Assembly (NCBI RefSeq): GCF_009914755.1
Contig: NC_060926.1
Source of the DNA: the human T2T-CHM13v2.0 reference genome, Homo sapiens
DNA: 64,000 bases
Strand: one strand, 5' to 3'
This document shows, one piece after another, positions 1 to 16,331 of this stretch. Each line of letters opens with the position of its first letter. Positions within the stretch are counted from its first letter, which is position 1. Made by a program: the position numbers and the translations under genes. The notes below the pieces were generated by a model, which searched no databases, was not told the DNA's origin, and worked only from the letters and a program-made list of their open reading frames with translations.

Positions 1-277
1 TCTTCACTCCAGCGAGACTCTGTCTCAAAAAACAAAAACAAAAACAAAACATAATATTCAGAATGATGATTCAGGGATAAACAGACCATCTCTAAGACAT
101 TCCCAGTCAACAGTGGTCAAAATTTTTAAATGTGAGTGCTTAAAAGAATAACTTTCACTTGAGTTTGATGTTCTTTTATGAAGAATATGTCTCTCCTCCA
201 AAATGCTAGACAGTTATGAAGCTATTAAAGGTTTCTTTTCCTCCTTTCTTCCTAAAGAAACTAAAAGTAGTGTTATT

Positions 278-440
278 GGCCGGGTGCAGTGGCTCACACC
301 TGTAATCCCAGCACTTTGGGAAGTCAAGGCGGGTGAATCACCTGAGGTCAGGAGTTCAAGACCAGCCTGGCCAACATGGTGAAACCCTGTTTCTGCTAAA
401 AATACAAAAATTAGCTGGCCGTGGTGGCGCACATCTGTAG
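278..440 (+). mobile_element. Alu (left monomer, truncated)
   Basis: GGCCGGGTGCAGTGGCTCAC start. Confidence 0.85.
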
Positions 441-562
441 TATGCAGGCGTTATCTGAAAATAATGAATTGGACCCAAGGGCTCCCTTCCGCCTCGAATA
501 ATCTGTGATTCTAGGATTCATTTATTCAAGAAATATTTATGGTGCAGAAAATACATACAGTC

Positions 563-868
563 GGCTGGGTGAGGTGGCTCATGCCTATAATCCCAGCACT
601 TTCGGAGACCAAGGTGGGCGGGTCACCTGAGGTCAGGAGTTTGAAACCAGCCTGGCCATCATGGCAAAACCCCGTCTCTTCTAAAAATACAAAAATTGGG
701 CGTGGTGGCAGGCACCTGTAATCCCAGATACTCAGAAGGCTGAGGCAAGAGAATCGCTTGAACCTGGGAGGCACAGGTTGCAGTGAGCCGGGATCACACC
801 ACTGGACTCTAGCCTGGGCAACAGAGTGAAACTCCGTTTCAAAAAAAAAAAAAGAAAGAAAGAAAAAA
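563..868 (+). mobile_element. AluS
   Basis: Full dimer, A tail, TSD aa(a/g)ataca(t/c)acagt. Confidence 0.9.
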
Positions 869-2249
869 GATACACACAGTTCACACCCAGAAGGGCAACT
901 GCAGCTGGCTGACCTCCTCAACAATTCCTGAAACCATCTCCTCTGCAAGCCTCTCACCGCCACTGCCTTGGTTCAGGACTCGGCCACCTGGATCATTGCA
1001 GACTCCCCCACCCACTCATACAGGTGGTCATGTTATCCCTAGTCTGACTCTGTCCAGTTCATCCTCCCTACAGTTGTCGGTGTGACGTTCCTAAAACACA
1101 AACTGTCACAATCCTTACCTTTCAGATACCCAGAACTTTCATAGTAACCCAAACTCGCTAACATGGAATACCCTTGGCATGGCGCACTGCAGCCTGGCAT
1201 ACTCTCCTAAGACCTCTCTGACCCATGCCCTGGGCACCAGCTGCCCCAGCCACCAGTGACATTAGGCATGAGGTTCTCTCTGCACAGAACTTGCTGCCTG
1301 GATCACGTCCACAGACCCTTCCAGATTCAGGACAACTTCCAAATTCATCCCTTCGGGAATGCCTACCTGCCTCCCTTGGGATTAGCCGCTTTCTCCTGTG
1401 GCCTTTTGATACGGATCTCTCATCGCCCTGCTTTCTACTTTCCCCCATTGAGCTGCAGACTTCTTTAAGGCAAGGGCTATGCTGTGTGGCCTCATCCCTA
1501 GCACCCACAGCGGGACCGGTGCTCAAAGGATAGCTGGAAAATGACTTAAAGAACGAGCAGTCACCATGATGAATAATATCAGCAAATCAGAGGGCACAAC
1601 ATTCACTCTTGCTATTTGCCTCTCATTTTCACCTCCGAGTTTCCAAAGCACTTGAAAATGAACACTAAAATTAACTGCCTCCTTGCTATGTGTGAATTCC
1701 TCCCAAATTTCTCAGCTATTTGTCCAGGCAGTGTTATATAACTGCAGGCTGATGTGGTATTAAAGGAATCTTGTTATATAATTCAGCCCTACTCACTGCA
1801 GCTCGCTTTTCCTCTTTAAAGACCGTAAGGGAGAGGAGCAGGGAACCAGGGCCAGAGGGAGAGAGCTCTGTGCACTGTCGCCTGGGGCTGTCCCTCTCCC
1901 CCACCCTCCCTGGGGCCTTTTCAGGATTCCTTGGTGCGGTAGCCACCCAGGAAGGCATCTTCCTCGGCTCCCAGCGGCTGCTAAGCAAAGCCTCCCGGGC
2001 CTCAGGGAGGAGGACGAGGCCCTTGGCATCCTCCCCGAGCCCGGGAGCGGATGTTAAAGATCTTGTTCATTCAGCTCTGCTGGAGCGAAGACGGTTGCCA
2101 AACCAGAGTGCTTGTTTTATTGTTTTTTTAGAACAGCAGGACTGTTATTACGAGTATTCAGGGAGAGAGAATAGGAAGCGCAAAAGAGATTCCGCAGCAT
2201 CCTAAAAATATCAGTAACATGAGAATTGCCTGCCCAGCAAGGCAAGGAT

Positions 2250-3650
2250 CTGGACCGGTGGGCGCGGCAGGGCGCTTCTGAGCCACCGTCTGGCTGCCGT
2301 GCCACCACCGCCGGCGCCCCGCTCCAGGGCGGCCCGGGAAGGCCAGGCGGGGGCGCGGGCCCGAGGGGAGCCGGGAGCCCGGCGCGCTCCGCCTAGGGGT
2401 GTCCTTCCTCGGCCGCTCCCAGCGCGATCGCCCCCACGCCTGGACACAGACCCGGAGACGGGGCAGAGAGGGAGGAAACCTGGGGGCCCAGGGGCGGGGA
2501 GGCCGGGGCAGCGGGGAGCACGCAAGTCGGAGGCTGGAAGGGGGCGCAGCGCGACCGGCGCCCAGGGCTGGGGCGGGGACGCGCGGCCGGTGAGTGGGGT
2601 CCCCGCCGTCCCCCGAGGCCCTGCGGCTCCCACACTCACCGCGCTCCCCGCGACCGCGGTGGGTCGGAGCCGGGCTGGGCGGCGCGGGGCGGGCTCCGGG
2701 GGGCCCCAGGCCGCCGACTCGGCCAGCAGCTCGTCCAGCAGGCGCAGCGTCTCGTCCCTGCCGTCGGGGGGCGCCACGGGGCTGGGGTCGCGGCCGGGCG
2801 CCTCCTCCGCGGCTGCCCCCGGGACCTCGGCCGCCGCCACCGGCACCCGCCGGCGGGTCCCGCCCTCCAGGGCTGCCGCTCCGGGCCCCGCGGGGAGGCT
2901 CTCGGGGCTGCGCCGCCGCCTCAGAGTCCGGCTGCTCCGGCTGCTGCCGCTGCCCATGGCGCGCCCGCCGCCTCCCGGACCGCCGAGGGGGCCCCCATGA
3001 GGGGGCGCGGCCGGGGGCGGGGACGCTAGGGGGTGCGGCCGGGGCGGGCTGCAGGGGGAGGCGCGGGGCGAGGTCCGGGAAGCGACCGCGGCCAGGGGCT
3101 AGGGTTCCCGGGCGGGGGTCGCGGCCGGAGGACGGGGGTGCGAGCCGGAGCCTGGGGAGGGGCGGGCGAGGCAGGGCTGCATAGGCGTCCCGAGGGGGCG
3201 CACACCGGCCCTAGGGAGGGGCGGGCCCGAGACCCCGGCGAGGAGCACCGGGTGCGGGCGCGGCCTCCCCTCCCGGGTCTCCCCCTACAGTCCCCCCACT
3301 CCCGCCCACGGGTCCCCTCGCTCCCCGCCGTCGGGTCAGCCCTGTCCCGGCCTTCTGGAATTGCTGAACCCTGCGGGGGGCCCGGCTGAGTTTGTTCATT
3401 TATGGAAACGCTCCCCAGACGACGCTCGCCGGGCCCTTGGGAGGCCGCGGGAGCTTGGGGGGACTTCCCAAAGCCTGAGCCCCCTAGCGATGCGCGGGGT
3501 GGGCGGGGGAAAGACCCTGAGGGCTGCGCGCGCTGCGTTCGCGAGGTCCGGCCGTCAGTGCGCCCCGACCTTTCAGTGTCCGCCAGGCCTGAGACGCCCC
3601 GGGAGGGAAGGGGCGATCCTCCGGGCACCAACAGCCCCCTCCGGCCTTCT
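2250..3650. promoter_or_regulatory. CYS1: CpG island / CYS1 promoter with GC boxes and G-rich tracts
   Basis: Very high GC and CpG density; multiple GGGGCGGGG/GGGCGG Sp/KLF motifs at 3001-3230 upstream of the ATG. Confidence 0.9.
2640..2957 (-). CDS. CYS1: Cystin-1 coding exon 1 (aa 1-106); later exons lie left of the window
   Basis: GCCATGG Kozak at 2957. Translation MGSGSSRSSRTLRRRRSPESLPAGPGAAALEGG...PTAVAGSA matches human cystin as I recall it, with N-myristoylation MGxxxS, a polybasic patch and the AxEGG ciliary motif. Consensus donor GTGAGT at 2639-2634; 318 nt, phase 0. Confidence 0.96.
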
Positions 3651-4297
3651 CCTTCCCTCTGTTGCCCCAGCGGAGACTGGATGTGTGAAGGTTGAGCCTC
3701 ATCAAAACCTCCAAATAGTCACTACTTTTGGGAAAGAAAAACTTTGAAAATGAAGGAGAAAGGCAAAGCAACCCCCACCTCGCCCTCCCCCCGCCACAGG
3801 AAAGAAGCAAAAGGAAATACCTAGGTGGTGGTCATAAGTCTAGCTTTTGGTCTCGGAATTTTTTTTTTTTCCCTTAACCGCTTTTCTTTTTAAGTGAACT
3901 AACCACAACCCAGACTAGAAAACACTCCAAAGCTGCCGAATTCAAACCCAGCGAGCCTTCCTGTTGGTTGGTTCTGTGTTTTACTTAAATGTGATTACTT
4001 CCTTCCCTTGCCCACCTCCTGCAACTTTAAATTCCAGCCTTTCCAAGACAGGGCAATTCAAAAGTCCTGGGTTTAACTCACCTATCTTGACTTGACATTA
4101 ACTTTTATCCTGATTGATTGGATTCCAGAATAATTGTGAAAATGGAATTTCGGCTAAACTTTCCCAACCACAGACTTGAAATTCTACTATTTTATCACTT
4201 CAGGAGTAGACATTAAAAAACATATGCCTAAGAAAATGGAATAAAAATGGGACTCAGATTCACATCCATTTATTTTTATTATTAAGAGAGAACAAGA

Positions 4298-4619
<322 letters not shown>

Positions 4620-4621
4620 CT

Positions 4622-5270
4622 AGCTGGACGTGGTGGCTCATGCCTGTAATCCCAACACTTTCAGAGGTTGAGGCGAGCAGATCACTTTAGGTGAGGAGTT
4701 TGAGACCAGCCTGGCCAACATGGTGAAACTGTCTCTACTAAAAATACAAAAATTAGCTGGGCATGCTCACTTGAACCCAGGAGGTGGAGGTTGCAGTGAG
4801 CCGAGATCACGCCACTGCACTCCAGCCTGGGCAACAGAGCTGGACTCTGTCTCAAAAAAAAAAAAAAGAAAGAAAGAAAAGAAAAGAGAGAGAGAAGAGA
4901 GGTGAGACAGAGAGGGAAAAGAAAAAGAAGAGAAAAAAAATGAGGCTGTAATCCCAGCACTTTAGGAGGCTGATGCGAGCGGATCACTTCAGGTCAGGAG
5001 TTCGAGACCAGCCTGGCCAATAGGATGAAACCCTGTCTCTACTACAAATACAAAAATTAGCCGGGCATGGTGAAGGGCACCTGTAGTCCTAGCTGCTCGG
5101 GAGCCTGAGGCAGGAGTCACTTGAACCCGTTAGGCGGAGGTTGCAGTGAGCCGAGATCGCACCACTGTACTCCAGCCTGGGCAACCAAAGAGACTCCGTC
5201 TCAAAAAAAAAAAAAACAAAACAAACAACAACAACAACAAACAATAAAGAAAAAGCAAAAAGAAAAGAAA
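4622..5270 (+). mobile_element. Two tandem AluS copies with tail-derived microsatellites
   Basis: 4622-4870 (internal deletion) and 4945-5215. Confidence 0.85.
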
Positions 5271-5310
5271 AAAAATTTTTTAAAAGGAAGTATTTATGAT
5301 CCCCCCTGCC

Positions 5311-5600
5311 TTTTTTTTGAGACGGAGTCTCGCTCTGTTGCACAGGCTGTAGTGCAGTGGCCGGATCTCTGCTCACTGCAACCTCCGCCTCCTGGGTTCA
5401 AGTGATTCTTCTGCTTCAGGCTCCTGAGCAGCTGGAATTACAGGCACGCACCACCACATCCGGCTAATTTTTGTATTTTTAGTAGAGACAGGGTTTCACC
5501 ATGTTCGCCAGGCTGGTTTTGAACTCCTGACCTCAGGTAATCCACCTGCCTTGGCCTCCCTAAGTGCTGGGATTACAGGCGTAAGCTACCGTGCCTGGCC
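5311..5600 (-). mobile_element. AluS
   Basis: T tail then gagacggagtctcgctctg. Confidence 0.9.
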
Positions 5601-8600
5601 TCTCCCCCCCTTTTTTTTGATGTGCCATCTTAACCATCCAGGTGTAGGATGTGGGGCCAAACACAGATGTCATTTGGGTGCGCTAAGTCTACAGATGTGT
5701 CTCGTTTGGAAGCTATTGATATAAGTTTTTAAGAAAACAAATCTCATCTTGAAACTCTTTAAACCCCAAAGAACAACAACACTTAGAGGCAAACGAGATT
5801 TTTCTTGAGTTCACTCAGTTTAATGATTTAAAGGAAAACATGTTTTGCTTCTGCCTAAATAGAAGCTAGTCATGTGACTCATGTTTAAATACATCCACAG
5901 CTCCCTGTGTTCACCTCCCAGGGCAACCAATTTTTCTGGCCACTCTTGATTCCAACACTGTTTCCCAAAACTTGTCATTAGCTCCGCTTCAGCGGGAGGA
6001 ATGCCAGAGCCAGCATTCTTTCCACTTTGAGAGAACATTTTAAAATCTGCTACATTTGTAGACCTGGCTTCCATCAAATATGCTGAAAACTCAGATTGAT
6101 TTTATTAGAAGCTTCCCATAATAAGCAAACAACCTAAAAGCTTTCCGCATGACTAATGTCCCTAAGATCGTCTCTAGAATTTTTGTCCGAAAGAGTTAGC
6201 AACGTCTCAGGAATATTGGAGAACTGAAATGGGGTGTAATCCTTCTTAAGAAAATATCTGGCAGTCACACCTGCAGCTGAAGGATTCTTTTATGCGGTGA
6301 TAGTGCTCGTGGGTGCTGGTGATGGTGGGTGGAAGGTGAAGCCCAGTTTGGGAACTCTCTGCTTAACTCTGGGAAAATAGAACTTCCTTTCCTTAAACAA
6401 ATTAAACCCTGGAAGAGGACTACAGTTGGTGATACTTTTCGGAAGGACTCGGGCGCCCGAACGATGTTTTCCTTGGTTTCAGGAGTAGCCAGGCATCTAC
6501 TGCAGATGAAGCCAGTTCCTCCCACCACGACTCATGGACCAGTCATTACAATAGCCTGCCAAACCAACCCACCTTTCAAAACCCCACTCCAGGGCCCCTG
6601 CTTCAGGACTCGCAGATCTACTCTCCCTGCTCAGATATCCTGCAGTTTCCCACCAATCATGGCACTCCCAAGCCGTTACGTAAGAAAGATGTGTTGTGCA
6701 GGTGCTGGTTCTTATGAATATGCAGACAGATAATATTTGCATTTGGGTGATAAATGAGACGGCATTTGAAACATAAGCAAGCCATGTTTCTATTTTTAAT
6801 GCTTAATCGGTAACTTGAGAGAGCCACAGTGCTATTAACGAATGCTGATATGTTTGGACAGCAGCAGCCCACATAATTGCTATTGTCTTTTACCAAAGTG
6901 TCCAAGCTTTTGTATTTGGTTTCATGGTTTCGGCATCAAGAGGGGAAAACAAAATATAAGGGTGAATCACCATTATTCATTAAGGACAATTAATGAGTTA
7001 CAGAACTTTTTTCAATATTTACTCAGAAATAAGATACATGAGGTCCTTAGGGTTGGCAGGTCCAGGTCATGGCTGATTTGGTGCGTTCTATAACACTGTA
7101 AAAAATTCTGACAGTAAAATGACAATGACTTGTACCCCATCTAAACAAAAGGTTTAGCACTGGAATTTACGATGCATACTTTCCATGACTAGAGCAGTTC
7201 TCGTTTAGAGGCATCTCATGGCTTCTGGCTCAAAACAGCAGACCGGGTGCAGAGTTGCCTTCTCTTGGTACTTGCGACTTTGCTGGAATTAAGATAAAAG
7301 AAAAAGGGATAGAGGAGGAGTTGTAAGAAGGAGGGAAATCACAAAGGAGAGGTTTCAACGCATTTCTGAAAGATGGAAAACTGACAGTAGAGAGCTGCCA
7401 GATGACACAGGCTGAGCAATTGCAGTCTATGCCATGATGACAGACGCTGGAGAGGAAACGGGGTCAATGGACTGACAGATGAGACTCCGGGACACAGTCA
7501 GCGGGTATAAAAGGAGATGGGAGTGAGAAGTGGGCATCGGACCTAAGGAGCGATTAAGATCTTTACATGGGACAAGGGCATCATCCCCCACTGACTCCTG
7601 CTTATATTTAAGAAAAAAAAATGACCAGGTAGCTGATGTGGTTTCACTCCGCTGCCATGTGTATAAGACTCTTTTCCCATTGGATTTTTACTCCGGCTAG
7701 GAATTTAGACCGGGGGGCGGGGGGTGGTGGGTTTGTGGGGTGGGGTGGGGTGGACAGGCTTCGATTAGCTGAGCAGGCAGGAAGCTGGCCGCCTTGAACT
7801 GGAGCTACTTGAGGTTCAGGTTCCCATCCCTGGCCCACTGAGTAAGATGATGTTTGTGTGGGACTGTCCTGTCTCCAGGGGCAATGCACACAGCAGCTGA
7901 GAAAGATCCAGTACAGTGTCCACAGCCGCTGGCCTCAGTGAACGTAAGCTTCCTTCTCCTTGCAAATCTGCTACACAAAGTGATCTGTGAGCTGACTCCC
8001 CTGTCCATGAACCCACAGTTTTGAGTGTGAGATTTGGAGGCCACTCAAAACATACTTGGACCCTAGGCTTTGGTGGGGTCATTTATCATCCTGAGGACAA
8101 GGTTTGAGGGGAGAGGGAGGGCAGTGCTGGGAAAGGGAATTGAGTCTGTGTAAATTTGACCATTAACGTGTAATATTTATTACAGAGGTTAACCTTTAAA
8201 TACTGTTGGCTAAAAAGAGTGTGCAACAAACATAAAATGTCCAACTTTAAGCTCAAACCCCCCACTGTGAATATCAACTTCTCTAATGTGGAAGCTGCCT
8301 GGTGGGGGTGGTCACCTCTGCACACGAACATCCCATGGTCCCAGACACCTGGGAAGATGCTTAAGTTCCTTCTTCTCATTAGAGAGCTGAGAACCAACCA
8401 GTCAATTAATCAGTTCAAAGGAATAGAGTGCTGTAGTCAAGGCCCAGGTTAAATATTAAAAGCGTCTCTTAGCTCTTTAATTTGTAGCTGTTTAACTTGG
8501 TAAGTGGAGTTGAAGTCCCAGCCTGCTCATGGCGATTACTGATTAATGCCTGTGCACATTTGTACAAGACCCCCTGGCTGCACGATCCCTGTCCTCTGGA

Positions 8601-8699
8601 GTGCAACTTTCCTTCACCGCGCAGTCAACCTCCACCCAACGGGGACAGCTGACACTTCGAGAGGCCCTGCCCTGACCATTTACCGACTGTGGCTCGTTA

Positions 8700-8860
8700 A
8701 ATGAGCCTCACGGTAACCTTGTAAGATAGATATTTTCTGCCTCTATTTTACAGATGGCAAAACTGAGGCTCCGAAGAGTGGGGAGCTGGCCTAAGGTCTT
8801 GAAGCCAGAGACAGCCAGAGCTGGGACTCAAGCCACTCTCTCTGCAAACCCCATGGTTCT
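8700..8860 (-). mobile_element. MIR
   Basis: Core ctattttacagatggcaaaactgaggct. Confidence 0.7.
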
Positions 8861-8974
8861 TTCATGATGCTATCTGTACCTAAATAAATGACAAACCTAG
8901 CAGAATAGACCAGCCGAGCTCTGAATATATGCAACTATTACCGTTACCCTGGGCCACCATGTAGGTGGGGTGAC

Positions 8975-9621
<647 letters not shown>

Positions 9622-10489
9622 GTGACCACCTATTTCTGTTACCCCAGAACTGAGAATATTCCCAGGTCATGGTGGTCAACCAGATTAGTTGGTCACCCTA
9701 CACGTAGGGTTGTACAGGTTGTTCACTAAACAAGAGTGCCTGACCAAGAAGCAAATAGAGGCCTCAAGCCAGCCATGTTCCATTCACCAAGCTGTCCTCA
9801 TGGAGCAGGGCTGTATCCCCCTAGAGGAAGGTACAATATGGGCTAGCTAAGGCCCTACTAGTCCCTCTGACACTATGAACCCGGAAGTTTGAGCAGCTCA
9901 GTGATTTGGGTAGTGATCTCATTGTAAACCAACCTCTCTCTTGCCAGGGAATTTCTCCCTCTCCCCTAAACACACACACACATTCCTAATCACGTTCTTA
10001 TAAACTGTTCAAGTCGTGGGAAATGAGGCTGGAGAAATAGGAGAGATCCAAAATGCCATGTCTGATAGCCCTCAACACTGTTCTCCAAACATCTCCTCCT
10101 GGATACACAGCAGGAAGGCACTCCCCGCCCCGTGTGATCAGGTGTCACTTCTGGCCTGGAGCATTCAATCCTGGTGAAAGATGCCATCCAAATTCTCCTT
10201 CTTTTGGCTGCAGCAACTGGTACCGCTCACTATGGTGGCAGCTCCATCAACCGGGGTCCTGGAAGGGGAGTCGTGGAGCAGGTCCCCTGGCTGGCTGGTG
10301 ATGGACATGTAGCCTGGCTGACAGCCAAACCTTTGCTGTCAGAAGCCATTTCTGCTGGGGGCCGTTTCTTGCTGTGGCACAGCCCAGCTGTCCTCACTGA
10401 GACTCCAAAGTAAGAAAACGTGCACTTGATTCTATGAGCTGCACAGCTCCCCTGGAGAGTAATGGAGTCAGCTTTGCAGTTTTCTTCTT

Positions 10490-10760
10490 CTTTTAAAGAA
10501 ACAGAGGCTCACTCGGTTGCGCAGGCTGGAGTGCAGTGGTACGATCACAGCTCATTGCAGCATTGAACTCCTGGGCTCAAGTGATCCTCCTGCCTTAGCC
10601 TCCTGAATAGCTGGGACTACGGGTGCGTGGCACCACACCCAGCTATTTTTTCTCTTTTTTTGTAGGGTTAGGGGTCTCACTATGTTGCCCAGGCTGATCT
10701 TGAACTCCTAGCCCCAAGTGATCCTATTGCCTTGGCCTCCCAGAGTGCTGGGATTACAGT
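10490..10760 (-). mobile_element. AluJ
   Basis: ctcctgggctcaagtgatcctcc J-type sequence. Confidence 0.85.
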
Positions 10761-11245
10761 CCTAAGACCCTGTTTCCTGTACTGGTCTAGGTTTGCACTT
10801 GTCAAAGATCAACCTTCTGTATCTCTTCGGGGGTTTTAAACATGAGTAAGTTTGATAGTGGACTTAGTCTTAAATACATTCTTAGAAACTAAGATTTTAA
10901 TCATTGTGATTATACTTTTTTTTGGTAAAAGTTACTTTAATGGTAGTCACATAAAATCTCTCTGGGTAATAAGCAAATTCTCATTCCTACATATTTTTAA
11001 AATTTGACATTTCTAGTTGGTTGTCTTGGGCTTTCTCTGTCACGGAGCCGGCCCATGCTTCTGTGTAGCTTTGCGGCCTTCCCAACTGTAAAGCAAATCC
11101 CCACATCTCAGCCCATTCCCTTCATGGCCCCTCAGAACTCAAAAGTCAGTGGGCGCTGGGTAAAACAGGGTGTTAGTGAAAGCCAGATAGGCCATTGAAG
11201 GCGCCAGGGACAAAGAGAGGGGATGTCTACCCAGGTGGGAGGTAA

Positions 11246-11583
<338 letters not shown>

Positions 11584-11641
11584 TCATCTGACATCTTTCC
11601 AGTCCTGAGAGGTGTGTTTTTTTCACTCATAACTTGGTCAT

Positions 11642-11945
<304 letters not shown>

Positions 11946-12018
11946 AATAATTTGGTCCCTGTGCCATATGGACCTTACAACTTTGGTGGACATCTCTTCC
12001 TTTTATATAAGCATGCTG

Positions 12019-12381
12019 TGTGTTACAGACCAAAGGTTTGTGTTCCTCCAAAATTCACAGGTTGAAATCCTAACCCCCAGTGTGTTGGCATTAGGAGGTG
12101 GGGTCCTTGGGAAGTAATTAGGTCATGAGGTGGAGCCCAAGTGACTGGGATTAGTGTCCATATAAGAAGAGACCCGAGAGCTTGCCCCTTTCTTCTCTCT
12201 GCATCATGCGAGCACACAGCAAGAAGGCTGTCTGCAAACCAGGAAGACAGCCCTCGCAGGACACTGGATCTATTGGCGCCTTGATCTTGGAGTTCCCAGC
12301 CTCCAGAACTGTGAGAAAGAAACATTTATTCTTTCAGCCATCCAGTCTGTGGTATTCTGTTAGAGCATCCTGAGCTAGGAT
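12019..12381 (+). mobile_element. MLT1A/B-like MaLR LTR
   Basis: TG..tttgtgttcctccaaaattcac.gttgaaatcctaacc...cttccagaactgtgag-type hallmarks. Confidence 0.7.
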
Positions 12382-12433
12382 GGTGTGTTTAAGAGAATGG
12401 GAATACTTAGACCTGAAAATGGAGTGTTGCATT

Positions 12434-12615
12434 CAGGGGTCAGCAATCTGTAGCCACCAAGCCAAATTTAACTTCCAACTGTTGCTGTAAATAAAGTTTT
12501 ATTGCAACACAGCTACCCGCCCGTTTGTTTGCATGTTTCTCTGGCTGATTTTGCATCACTATGGCTGAGAAATAGTCACCATCTGGCCCTTACAGAAAAA
12601 GTTTGCCAATCCCTG
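12434..12615. mobile_element. MER58A-like hAT-Charlie MITE
   Basis: TIRs CAGGGGTCAGCAA / TTGCCAATCCCTG; internal gtaaataaagttttatt. Confidence 0.75.
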
Positions 12616-12975
12616 GTTTAGTTAATAGTTCTCTGCGTTTCACCCATTAATCCCAGGTGATATGGTTTATTCACGAAAGAAAAGGCAGTTAATATTAACC
12701 ACCTAAGATCTTTAGTTACTTATTTCTGCCTTCATAGCTAACTCACTGTTCTCACCTGGGGCCTCAGGGAAGATTGTTGAGTTATGAAACCCAAAGTAAA
12801 AAGGGGAAATAAATTAGTCTCCCTCATGTTTAAATTCCTCCTTTTGGAAGAACAAAAAACTAGATCTGAAAATCATTTTTCCTTTTCTGCTTCTTCTAAA
12901 TTTCTTTATTCCTACCAGATAAATGTGTTTTTGTTTTCCAGCTGTGACTCCAGACAGGATCCAGAGAGGGGTTCA

Positions 12976-13239
<264 letters not shown>

Positions 13240-13625
13240 CTAATAAAAGGATAAAATCTTTTAGATTTCCAGTTTTGCAGCATCGGCACTAGAAATCAAT
13301 TAAAATCTATTTTTAGTCCACTCAAGAATACTTATCCAAAAAAAAAGAATAGCTATCCAAATGTTTTGACTACTTAAACTGAAAGCAAACTTACACCAAA
13401 ATGAAATTATCAGAAAAGAAGCTCAATCTGTTTGCACAAGTGTACACCTCACATGTTCCATTTGATTCAACTCTACAAATGTTTGTAGAGCACCTACCGT
13501 GTGATACATTTAGGGATATAGACATGAATAATCCATAATCCCTACCCTCAAGATGCTCAGGGGCCAGTGGAATAGTTAAAGTAACTGGAGAAACATGTAA
13601 TAACAGGTGCAAACTACAAAGGAAG

Positions 13626-15593
<1,968 letters not shown>

Positions 15594-15737
15594 GTAGGAC
15601 TACTAAAGAAATCAAAAGGGAAGGTGCTGAGGTAGGATTACTAAGGGCACAGAACCTTCAAGGAGGTCAGTGTGCCAGGCAAAGACAGAACAGCAAGAGA
15701 TGGTGCTAATTCCCATGTGGACTAAGTTCACTGCTAG

Positions 15738-16331
<594 letters not shown>

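Larger units (their letters stand above)
1..2639 (-). other. CYS1: CYS1 intron 1 (5' part)
   Basis: Follows the GTGAGT donor; contains Alu and L2-like remnants and no further cystin-coding sequence. Confidence 0.85.

Noticed and set aside
2211-2639. C-terminal 142 aa of the 248-aa ORF 2211..2957
   Set aside because: Read-through past the canonical CYS1 exon 1 donor into a GC-rich intron; not cystin sequence
2299-3747. Long overlapping ORFs (233, 196, 201, 128 aa) around the CYS1 promoter
   Set aside because: Stop-codon scarcity in a very GC-rich CpG island; low-complexity P/G/R/A content; many start at non-ATG codons
12688-12699. Perfect palindrome GTTAATATTAAC resembling an HNF1 site
   Set aside because: Lacks the central spacer base of the 13-bp HNF1 consensus and sits in AT-rich context; not counted
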